From: a virus
Lineage: Duplodnaviria; Caudoviricetes
Virus record (IMG/VR): IMGVR_UViG_3300033273_000282
Coordinates: 96,001 to 160,000 of that record
DNA length: 64,000 nucleotides
Reading direction: 5' to 3' (one strand)
The position numbers were made by a program, and so were the translations under genes. This document shows positions 8,802 through 14,973 of the stretch, piece by piece. The notes beneath the pieces were generated by a model. The model made no database searches. It saw only the letters and a program-made list of their open reading frames with translations, and was not told the DNA's origin. Each line of letters begins with the position of its first letter. The stretch's first letter is position 1.

Positions 8802-8993
8802 ATGGATGACCGTAAGTATTCCCCATTTGACAAAGGTGACCGAGTTACCTATAATAACCTAACTGGAGTCGTTAATTTCATTTGTGACCGCTACATTACT
8901 ATCACCACTCGCAATGGAGAGCACAAATCCCAAGACACCAATCTCGTTGTGTTCAATGATGACTGGTGCGATGTACAGCCAGTATGTAAATAA
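8802..8993 (+). CDS. Small hypothetical protein, possibly SH3/KOW-like beta fold
   Basis: FDKGDRVTYNNLTGVVNFI pattern. Confidence 0.55.
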   Translation: MDDRKYSPFDKGDRVTYNNLTGVVNFICDRYITITTRNGEHKSQDTNLVVFNDDWCDVQPVCK

Positions 8994-9108
8994 TAAGGAG
9001 CTGTACAATGAGGTATGCCGTTATTTTGAAGAGACAGAAGAAGAGAAAGGTATCTACTGTAAAGATACCATTTCTGTCTATCACGGACGCAATACACTAC
9101 GAAAGTAA
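8971..9108 (+). CDS. Small hypothetical protein
   Basis: 3' part of track ORF 8884-9108; start position uncertain. Confidence 0.4.
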   Translation: MYSQYVNNKELYNEVCRYFEETEEEKGIYCKDTISVYHGRNTLRK

Positions 9109-9164
9109 TATAAGACTCCACGACCCCAAAGTAACACACACCGAAGTTATTCCTCTATTTTCTG

Positions 9165-9362
9165 ATGAAGCACCAGTTTGAAGTCAACAACACTCAGATC
9201 GTCATTGATCTCAAGCAAAAGCGTAAAGGTGTGTATTGGTCTTATCAAGACACCCCATATAACTATGGACCATTCAAGAGTGACCAACAAGCCCTGAATG
9301 ATGCTAAACTCTACTCCCAGTATGGAACAACAAATAAACTCCTCATTCCTGAATCCAAGTAA
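9165..9362 (+). CDS. Small hypothetical protein
   Basis: 65-aa ORF. Confidence 0.6.
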   Translation: MKHQFEVNNTQIVIDLKQKRKGVYWSYQDTPYNYGPFKSDQQALNDAKLYSQYGTTNKLLIPESK

Positions 9363-9942
9363 AGTAGAGCCACGCTTACTTGTACTCAAACGGTTCAATG
9401 ATCAGATCAGAAAGGAGTTTGACAAAGCATTACCTAATCTAGAGTTTAGAGACTTTGCTTCCTATCAAGAGAACTATATCTCTAAAGAAGGCAAGGGATT
9501 TCCTATACTAGAGAAAGAGTACTATCAGGCACCACAAAGAACAACAACGAATCCTAGTTGGTGTATTGCTCCGATCCTATACAACAGCCAACGCTATAAA
9601 CGTAATAGCGTACTGATGCCTAAACTAACCAAGATGATTGAGTTCATTGGTCATACCACATATGCTGGTATTACTGTACTCGATCCTGGCTATGGATTAG
9701 ATTGGCACTATGATGATGACCCATGTGAAGGAGTCATCCAATTCAGATCTTTCTATAATATCTCTACTGACAATGGTACATTCCTAGAAGTACAAGAGAC
9801 AGAGAAGAGAGTCGTAAGAAAGTATTTCATGGAGTCAGAGTATATGATCTTCAGAGCAAAGAAGAAACATAGAGTGTACAATGAGGGTAAGGCTCCGCGT
9901 TATTCTGTGGTGATAGATGTACTCAAACAACAGTTAATCTAA
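9322..9942 (+). CDS. Aspartyl/asparaginyl beta-hydroxylase-like Fe(II)/2OG oxygenase
   Basis: AGITVLDPGYGLDWHYD (HxD) ... IFRAKKKHRVYNEGKAPRYSVVIDV (distal His and Arg). Start 9298 or 9322. Confidence 0.75.
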   Translation: MEQQINSSFLNPSKVEPRLLVLKRFNDQIRKEFDKALPNLEFRDFASYQENYISKEGKGFPILEKEYYQAPQRTTTNPSWCIAPILYNSQRYKRNSVLMPKLTKMIEFIGHTTYAGITVLDPGYGLDWHYDDDPCEGVIQFRSFYNISTDNGTFLEVQETEKRVVRKYFMESEYMIFRAKKKHRVYNEGKAPRYSVVIDVLKQQLI

Positions 9943-9949
9943 ACAACCC

Positions 9950-10003
9950 TGTGGAAAACCCTGTGGAATCTGTGGAAAAACCTGTGGAAAACTCTGTGGA
10001 AAA
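9950..10003. repeat. Tandem array of five TGTGGAA(AA) units (reverse complement TTTTCCACA, DnaA-box consensus)
   Basis: TGTGGAAAA at 9950, 9971, 9983 and 9995; TGTGGAATC at 9962; followed by an A/T-rich run to 10020. Confidence 0.85.
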
Positions 10004-10051
10004 AAATGTATTAAAAAATGTGTTTGTGTGAGCTAGTCGGCGGAAAGGGAT

Positions 10052-10084
10052 GGGAATGTCTGGGAATGTCTAGGATTGTCTAGG
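10052..10084. repeat. 10-bp tandem repeat GGGAATGTCT x2 plus AGGATTGTCT
   Basis: Read directly from 10052-10084. Confidence 0.75.
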
Positions 10085-10131
10085 TGCCTTTGGGGCTTAG
10101 CACGCAACCTATCGAAAGTCAACCACTCGAA

Positions 10132-10188
10132 GTACACTTTGAGAACTGTCACAGAACCCTCCGAAACCCTCCGAATTGGCTGTATAAT
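10132..10188 (+). promoter_or_regulatory. Early promoter cassette
   Basis: GTACACTTT-GAG-AACTGTCAC at 10132-10152, 30 nt (containing AACCCTCCGA x2), TATAAT at 10183-10188. Confidence 0.7.
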
Positions 10189-10215
10189 TACAGAGTAATC
10201 AAAAGGGATCAAACC

Positions 10216-10503
10216 TTGGCACCACGAAAGAAAAAAGCAACTCCGCCGAAAGCTGCCACAATTGTGAGTCCTGTTACTTTTGATGTAAAAGAGTACAGCA
10301 CAGCTATTGACACCATTTCGGTAGACTCTGAGAAAGTTAGTGTAACCTTCGCAAGTCAAGAGAAAGTGTATGATTATACTTTCTCAGGGGATTTGAAAGA
10401 ATTTGTTGAAACCCTTGAAAAGTATACAAAAGAGCAGCATTTGTCTCTTGGTAAGTATTTCAATGGTTTGGTGAAAGATGGTAGTCTTTCTCAAAAAGTA
10501 TAA
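10216..10503 (+). CDS. KTSC-like domain protein
   Basis: STAIDTISVD...VTF...YDY...SLGKYFN resembles KTSC. TTG start at 10216 lies after the promoter and an AAGGGA leader. Confidence 0.55.
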   Translation: MAPRKKKATPPKAATIVSPVTFDVKEYSTAIDTISVDSEKVSVTFASQEKVYDYTFSGDLKEFVETLEKYTKEQHLSLGKYFNGLVKDGSLSQKV

Positions 10504-10543
10504 CTATTAGTGAAACCTTTGAGTTTAGACAAAAGTAACACAA

Positions 10544-10735
10544 ATGGCTAAAACCTGGAACAATAGAGGTAGTAATCGCAATTCCTCTTTTAGTAAGAAG
10601 AAGAGAGAATATGCTGAGTATCTTGATCTTGAGAGCAGTGGCTATCTTGATCAGATTGCCAATGCTAAGAGGATCAAGAACTATAGCAAAGACATCACCA
10701 ACTACGATGACATCGATGACTACTACTCTGAATGA
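10544..10735 (+). CDS. Small hypothetical protein (basic N-terminus, acidic C-terminus)
   Basis: 63-aa ORF. Confidence 0.65.
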   Translation: MAKTWNNRGSNRNSSFSKKKREYAEYLDLESSGYLDQIANAKRIKNYSKDITNYDDIDDYYSE

Positions 10736-10895
10736 GTTTGTAACACCAACTGATCAGGTAGATTATGTTCAGTATCTGTTGGACACTGATTTGATCAACG
10801 ATCATCCTGAATATCGGAAGATTGCTGACTACTACCTGATGGAGGGTTTGTGTTACGAAGTGTTTGTGGGAGACGATTACAACAACTCTCAGTGA
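10716..10895 (+). CDS. Small hypothetical protein
   Basis: 3' part of track ORF 10611-10895 from ATG 10716. Confidence 0.55.
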   Translation: MTTTLNEFVTPTDQVDYVQYLLDTDLINDHPEYRKIADYYLMEGLCYEVFVGDDYNNSQ

Positions 10896-10963
10896 GTTTG
10901 TGTTAGTAACTGTGTCCGACTAATTGACACTATGCGATGAGCCGCCCGATCGCAAGGGGTTGT

Positions 10964-11023
10964 GTGCCACTTTAATGAACTGTCCACCTAACCCCCCAGA
11001 TCGCGGGTGCCTGTGCCTATACT
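10964..11023 (+). promoter_or_regulatory. Early promoter cassette
   Basis: GTGCCACTTT-AATG-AACTGTCCAC at 10964-10987, 30 nt, TATACT at 11018-11023. Confidence 0.75.
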
Positions 11024-11029
11024 AGTCAC

Positions 11030-11197
11030 ATGAACAAAACCACCAACCCCTACGCTCAGCAGATCCTCGCTAAGGGACGCGACCTGCCCACGACCCCCGC
11101 ACCTAAGCGGGAGTTCCCCTGTACTATCCACGGTCGCCGCTTCGAGACTCAAGAAGAGTATAACGAAGCACTCGCAGATTTCCTGAACGGTAACTGA
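11030..11197 (+). CDS. Small hypothetical protein, 55 aa, probably leaderless (not in track)
   Basis: MNKTTNPYAQQILAKG...FLNGN*; ATG lies 6 nt after the -10 box. Confidence 0.65.
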   Translation: MNKTTNPYAQQILAKGRDLPTTPAPKREFPCTIHGRRFETQEEYNEALADFLNGN

Positions 11198-11201
11198 AAC
11201 T

Positions 11202-11381
11202 ATGTCTGACATGTTTAACTCTGTTCTCGAATCTCTGCCTCAATTCATCTCTGAAATGGAGGCAGATTGGTGTATGGTTTATGACTTCATGGAAGCACAG
11301 ATTGGTGTGCTTACTGAAGATCAATGGGATCAAGTTGAGATGGTATACTGGCAGCATGGTCTAGAAGATCAGCGCTTCTGA
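11202..11381 (+). CDS. Small acidic hypothetical protein, 59 aa (not in track)
   Basis: MSDMFNSVLESLPQF...EDQRF*. Confidence 0.6.
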   Translation: MSDMFNSVLESLPQFISEMEADWCMVYDFMEAQIGVLTEDQWDQVEMVYWQHGLEDQRF

Positions 11382-11432
11382 GTATACCTTACTCACTCCT
11401 GAGTTCTTTATACTTAGGGCGGCTCGCATGGG

Positions 11433-11491
11433 GTGCCAGCTGGCATACTGTCCACCAAACACCCCAAAGCAGCATCCCCTGGCTCTATACT
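11433..11491 (+). promoter_or_regulatory. Early promoter cassette
   Basis: GTGCCAGC-TGGCAT-ACTGTCCAC at 11433-11455, 30 nt, TATACT at 11486-11491. Confidence 0.7.
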
Positions 11492-11497
11492 CATTCC

Positions 11498-11698
11498 ATG
11501 ATCAACATCAACTGCAGCACGTCCACCTCAGTCTGGACTCTCAAGGTCAATCCCCTGACTGGCACATGTAAGGTACGCTGGTTCAAAGGGTGCCTGACTG
11601 AGTATACGTTCAAAGCATCCAAGCGTGCCATCCTAGCGCTGCTGATCGCCCACGACCGTTCCTTGGGACAGTGGGTGAACTGGCACTGCTTCGCTTGA
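11498..11698 (+). CDS. Small KTSC-like protein, probably leaderless
   Basis: STSVWTLKVN...VRWF...EYTF...SLGQWVN; ATG lies 6 nt after the -10 box. Confidence 0.6.
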   Translation: MININCSTSTSVWTLKVNPLTGTCKVRWFKGCLTEYTFKASKRAILALLIAHDRSLGQWVNWHCFA

Positions 11699-11722
11699 TC
11701 TGCCAGCTCCTGGCTCTATACT
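11665..11722 (+). promoter_or_regulatory. Early promoter cassette whose box lies inside the upstream CDS
   Basis: GGGACAGT-GGGTG-AACTGGCAC at 11665-11686, 30 nt, TATACT at 11717-11722. Confidence 0.65.
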
Positions 11723-11750
11723 AAGCACAGTTCAAACAACCACCGCAACC

Positions 11751-12077
11751 ATGCGTAAGATCGAACGCCTGATGAACGACGCCATTTCCGAGGGTCGCAA
11801 CTGGACCAGCGGTAACACTAGCGTTACTCACACCGACGAGGTGGCAGAGGTTCGCCTTCACGGAAACCTGATCGCTGAGGTGGGAGACACCTTTATCCGT
11901 CTCTTTGATGGCGGTTGGCAGTCGAATACCACGAAGTCACGCCTTAACGCGATCCTGCGGGAGCATGGCGAGCAGGGCGACGGCGTGTTCCAGAAGGACT
12001 GGGCATGGTTCGTCACCATGAACACCGCCCAGGGACTGACGACCGTCCCATTCTTCTCTTCCATGCGTCTCGGGTGA
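11751..12077 (+). CDS. Conserved phage hypothetical protein
   Basis: MRKIERLMNDAI...VRLHGNLIA...DGGWQSNTTKSRLNAIL, a recurrent cyanophage early-gene signature. Confidence 0.75.
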   Translation: MRKIERLMNDAISEGRNWTSGNTSVTHTDEVAEVRLHGNLIAEVGDTFIRLFDGGWQSNTTKSRLNAILREHGEQGDGVFQKDWAWFVTMNTAQGLTTVPFFSSMRLG

Positions 12078-12136
12078 GACATTACAGAGTGTAACAACAG
12101 GGTGCCACCAGGCACCCTTTCCTATAGAATGAACCC

Positions 12137-12358
12137 ATGAAACAAATCAAGATGAGGCAGGCACGCAAGATGCTCGCCAAGGTGCCAGGCGTTCAGATCC
12201 GCAGGGGTCGCTCAGGTCATGACAAGATCTCGCACCCTAACCTCAGTGAGACATTCCCCCTCCCTATCCATGGATCAGGCAGCAGCCACGAGCTTTCCCC
12301 TGGGGTAACGAAGAACTTCATGAAGTTCTACGATCGCCTGGTGGCAGCAGCCAATTGA
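12137..12358 (+). CDS. hicA: HicA-like mRNA interferase family protein
   Basis: 73 aa, basic; RRGRSGHDKISHP...FPLPIHG...ELSPGVTKNFMK matches the HicA GxH / PxH / elxxGt pattern. Confidence 0.65.
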   Translation: MKQIKMRQARKMLAKVPGVQIRRGRSGHDKISHPNLSETFPLPIHGSGSSHELSPGVTKNFMKFYDRLVAAAN

Positions 12359-12405
12359 GGCACTGTCCACCATTTCCCCCAAAGCACCCCAGGACCTGCC
12401 ATACT
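12350..12405 (+). promoter_or_regulatory. Early promoter cassette
   Basis: GCCAATT-GAGG-CACTGTCCAC at 12350-12370, 29 nt, CATACT at 12400-12405. Confidence 0.6.
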
Positions 12406-12411
12406 AAGAGC

Positions 12412-12594
12412 ATGACAAACGAAACCAACTTCGACCGCTTCACCTTCGCCGCTCTCGCTGGTCGGGCAGGTCAGACCCCCGCCAACTACGCCAACGACAT
12501 GGGCGACGGCGACTTCGACGACTACTTCACCGCTGAGGATTACGACCGACGCCGCTACGAGACCGAGCGACGCCGCCAGCGTTACGGGTACTGA
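12412..12594 (+). CDS. Small hypothetical protein, 60 aa, probably leaderless
   Basis: ATG lies 6 nt after CATACT; acidic middle and Arg-rich tail. Confidence 0.65.
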   Translation: MTNETNFDRFTFAALAGRAGQTPANYANDMGDGDFDDYFTAEDYDRRRYETERRRQRYGY

Positions 12595-12647
12595 TCATGT
12601 GGGCAGCACTGACTAAACCCCGCTCTCCATCCTACCACCGACGCGCC

Positions 12648-12764
12648 ATGCTTAAGGTTGCCCTGATCGCCCTTGTCCTCTATGTTGCCTGGGAGCCAAT
12701 CCGTCCCCTTCGGGTGATCACCGCTGATATCATCCTGGCAGCACAGCACGAGCTCAGGAAGTAG
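12648..12764 (+). CDS. Small membrane peptide, 38 aa (not in track)
   Basis: MLKVALIALVLYVAWEPIRPLRVITADIILAAQHELRK*; hydrophobic N-terminus. Confidence 0.5.
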   Translation: MLKVALIALVLYVAWEPIRPLRVITADIILAAQHELRK

Positions 12765-12841
12765 GGCAGTCGGCAAGGTGTCCCCTCTGCCGCTGGATTG
12801 GCAGGGGGAGCGCCTAGGATACATACAACAAAGCAAAGCAC

Positions 12842-13063
12842 ATGAACCACACCTTCGCAGTCCAACCCGCAGCATGGGGCAAGTTCGATCCTCACGGGTG
12901 CGACTGGGCAACGGACATCAACCACGCCTACCGCATCGCTAAGCAATGGGGCGAATCCTGCATGATCTGGATGTGCCCCCCTTCTGGTGATCCGATCCGT
13001 TGGTGCCGCGCCGATGCCAACACGAACGCCATCGCTGATCTGGTCTTTGGGGTTGACCGCTGA
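12842..13063 (+). CDS. Small hypothetical protein
   Basis: Follows TAGGAT at 12815-12820 and a hairpin at about 12781-12809. Confidence 0.65.
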   Translation: MNHTFAVQPAAWGKFDPHGCDWATDINHAYRIAKQWGESCMIWMCPPSGDPIRWCRADANTNAIADLVFGVDR

Positions 13064-13106
13064 CCCCAGACCCTGTACAATACACACAACACACACAAAC
13101 GACACG

Positions 13107-13355
13107 ATGAACGGTTGGGCAAATTACGAGACCTGGAACGCTGCCCTCTGGGTTGGCAACGACGAGTTCCTCTACAACACCGCCAAGGCGTGCGTGGAGT
13201 TCGCCGCTGAGGGTGAGAGTCCCTGGGCGAAGTTCGTCCGCTGTATGACCGACGGGCAGATCGGACGCCACCTCGTCACCACTGGCGACGGCGTGCGTTG
13301 GGATGACCCCGCCATCAACGTGGCAGAGATGGAAGACATGATGACCGACCTCTGA
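13107..13355 (+). CDS. Conserved phage hypothetical protein
   Basis: MNGWANYETWNAALWVGNDEFLY signature; follows TACAAT at 13076-13081. Confidence 0.75.
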   Translation: MNGWANYETWNAALWVGNDEFLYNTAKACVEFAAEGESPWAKFVRCMTDGQIGRHLVTTGDGVRWDDPAINVAEMEDMMTDL

Positions 13356-13469
13356 TCCTACCACTGACAGAGGCACTGGGGGGTTGGTCGCCCCCCGCCC
13401 CCCCTAGCTAAAAGGGACCCGCAAGCCTAATCTATAAAGTCTTGCTCTCGCCCACCCGATAGAACGTCA

Positions 13470-13931
13470 ATGCTTTTTCATAGGATCCCTATTTTCAAAA
13501 TTTTTTCCGAGAAAAAATTCCGAGTATACCTTTTTGATAACCCCAAGGAGAGTCATTCCGAGATTATCCGACTGTGTATCGCAGACTGGCTGGATGGTCG
13601 GTTAGACTGTTTTGCGCCCGCCCATGTCCATTGGAGTAAGTCCGACACAGGCACATGGCTTGCTGTTGCGGTGAGTTCCAAGCGTATTGGGGTAGACATT
13701 GAAACAATGCGAGAGCGCAACTATGAAAAAATTTCAAAAAGATTCTTTGACCCATCCGAGGTTACCGACGATATAGAAAAGTTCTACATAGAATGGGTAA
13801 GGAAAGAAGCGTACTGGAAGAAAGCTAAAAAAGGTATCGGAGGGCGCTTAGGGGTTGCTATTCCAAAAGGTCACGGTATAATTACATTAGAGGGATTACC
13901 CGACAACCTTGCTGGAGCAGTTTCACTATGA
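13470..13931 (+). CDS. Sfp/HetI-like 4'-phosphopantetheinyl transferase
   Basis: HWSKSDT (SxSHS equivalent), IGVDIE, KRFFxxxE, FYIEWVRKEAYWK...GIG; motif order matches Sfp-type PPTases. Start uncertain. Confidence 0.8.
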   Translation: MLFHRIPIFKIFSEKKFRVYLFDNPKESHSEIIRLCIADWLDGRLDCFAPAHVHWSKSDTGTWLAVAVSSKRIGVDIETMRERNYEKISKRFFDPSEVTDDIEKFYIEWVRKEAYWKKAKKGIGGRLGVAIPKGHGIITLEGLPDNLAGAVSL

Positions 13932-14128
13932 TCAACCTGGACGACCGCTTTCACTCATACCTCGCAGGTACAAAGCAGTTCTGTATCGACGGTATATGCG
14001 AGAGAGTGAGAACGTACGGCTTCCATTCTTCTGATGATCAAAACGTAGACGGCTTTTATGTTGTCACTGACAATCACAAGCTGATTTACAATCTACAAGA
14101 GCAGTGTATTTCCTGTGAGACTCTATGA
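13928..14128 (+). CDS. Small hypothetical protein
   Basis: ATGA overlaps at both ends. Confidence 0.7.
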   Translation: MINLDDRFHSYLAGTKQFCIDGICERVRTYGFHSSDDQNVDGFYVVTDNHKLIYNLQEQCISCETL

Positions 14129-14292
14129 ATGAACTCGAAATGATTCTTCTACTAAAGAGTCAGGTAGAAGCACTTGAAAAGCGTTTGAATGATATGACAC
14201 TCCTCATGAAGCGCCCAGGCTCAGAGGAATATGAAAAACTCGTTGATGTCGTTTGTGACCATGAAAATCGGTTAAATAAACTTGAGGCTTAA
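14125..14292 (+). CDS. Small hypothetical protein, 55 aa (not in track)
   Basis: MNELEMILLLKSQVEALEKRL...NKLEA*. Confidence 0.65.
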   Translation: MNELEMILLLKSQVEALEKRLNDMTLLMKRPGSEEYEKLVDVVCDHENRLNKLEA

Positions 14293-14325
14293 AAATCGCG
14301 TAAAAACCCGCGAACTCTAAGGGTC

Positions 14326-14973
14326 ATGGCAACGTTATCAAAATCATCATTCAATGACGCCACGATAGGTGTACCATTCAGTGATTCCATTACTATTATT
14401 CCAGAAATCTGTACTGGTACCACTCTAGAGGTGTTTGTGTCAGTATCGATGACTTCGGTATCACCATCAATACCTACTGGGATCGAGCCTGGGTTGTGCC
14501 CAGGTTTTCCTGTAGGTGGATTAACATACGTACCTACAGAAACTCCTCTTAGTACCAGTCCAATATTGACCATCAATGGGACGTTTAATGAAACGTACTT
14601 TGATGAGCGTGAGTGGGAGTACAGGGACGATACAACAGGTAAGAGTATCCATACCCCTATCATTGAGTTAGAGTCTACTGAGAGCGACGGTGGACGTATC
14701 TACAACGTCACTAAGAACAGTGCTGCCAATCCATACAGTACAGGTGGTCAATTTGAAGATGAGATTCCAGATCCTTGCGACACTCTGATCAGATACAAGC
14801 CTGACTTCAGGTCACAGAGGGTTGTGACATATACATATACAGTGAACCTGCTCTGTGCGGGTGCTCCATTTACCCAAGTATTCAATATTCCTCATACTAT
14901 CCTGAATAATTGGGATCTAGGGCGCGATAAAATGAAAGATATCCTAGCAAACAAGATTAGGTACGGTACGTAA
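14326..14973 (+). CDS. Hypothetical protein, probably baseplate-associated
   Basis: 215 aa, coupled (TAATG) to the PAAR gene; TAAATA at 14273-14278 upstream. Confidence 0.65.
   Translation: MATLSKSSFNDATIGVPFSDSITIIPEICTGTTLEVFVSVSMTSVSPSIPTGIEPGLCPGFPVGGLTYVPTETPLSTSPILTINGTFNETYFDEREWEYRDDTTGKSIHTPIIELESTESDGGRIYNVTKNSAANPYSTGGQFEDEIPDPCDTLIRYKPDFRSQRVVTYTYTVNLLCAGAPFTQVFNIPHTILNNWDLGRDKMKDILANKIRYGT

Noticed and set aside
8987-8992. TAAATA in the early region (also at 61132 inside a CDS) as late promoters
   Set aside because: A 6-mer core alone occurs by chance, and the context does not place it just ahead of a well-supported start codon.
9950-10084. Short repeats as a possible CRISPR or mini-array
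   Set aside because: Units are 9-10 bp with 0-3 nt gaps, there are no spacer-length unique sequences and no cas genes.
11381-11460. Intergenic gaps as possible tRNA or structured ncRNA genes (also 9943-10215 and 13356-13470)
   Set aside because: No cloverleaf, TTCGA T-loop or CCA end found by eye. tRNAscan-SE/Infernal would settle this.
12078-12095. TTACA-GAG-TGTAA palindrome as an NtcA site
   Set aside because: NtcA needs GTA-N8-TAC; orientation and spacing do not fit. It may be a degenerate version of the early box.
1677-13106. ORF-track 5' extensions (1677, 8234, 8475, 10084, 10611, 12355, 12987)
   Set aside because: They run through upstream genes or promoter cassettes. Downstream starts (1800, 8279, 8556, 10216, 10716, 12412, 13107) fit motifs and promoters better.
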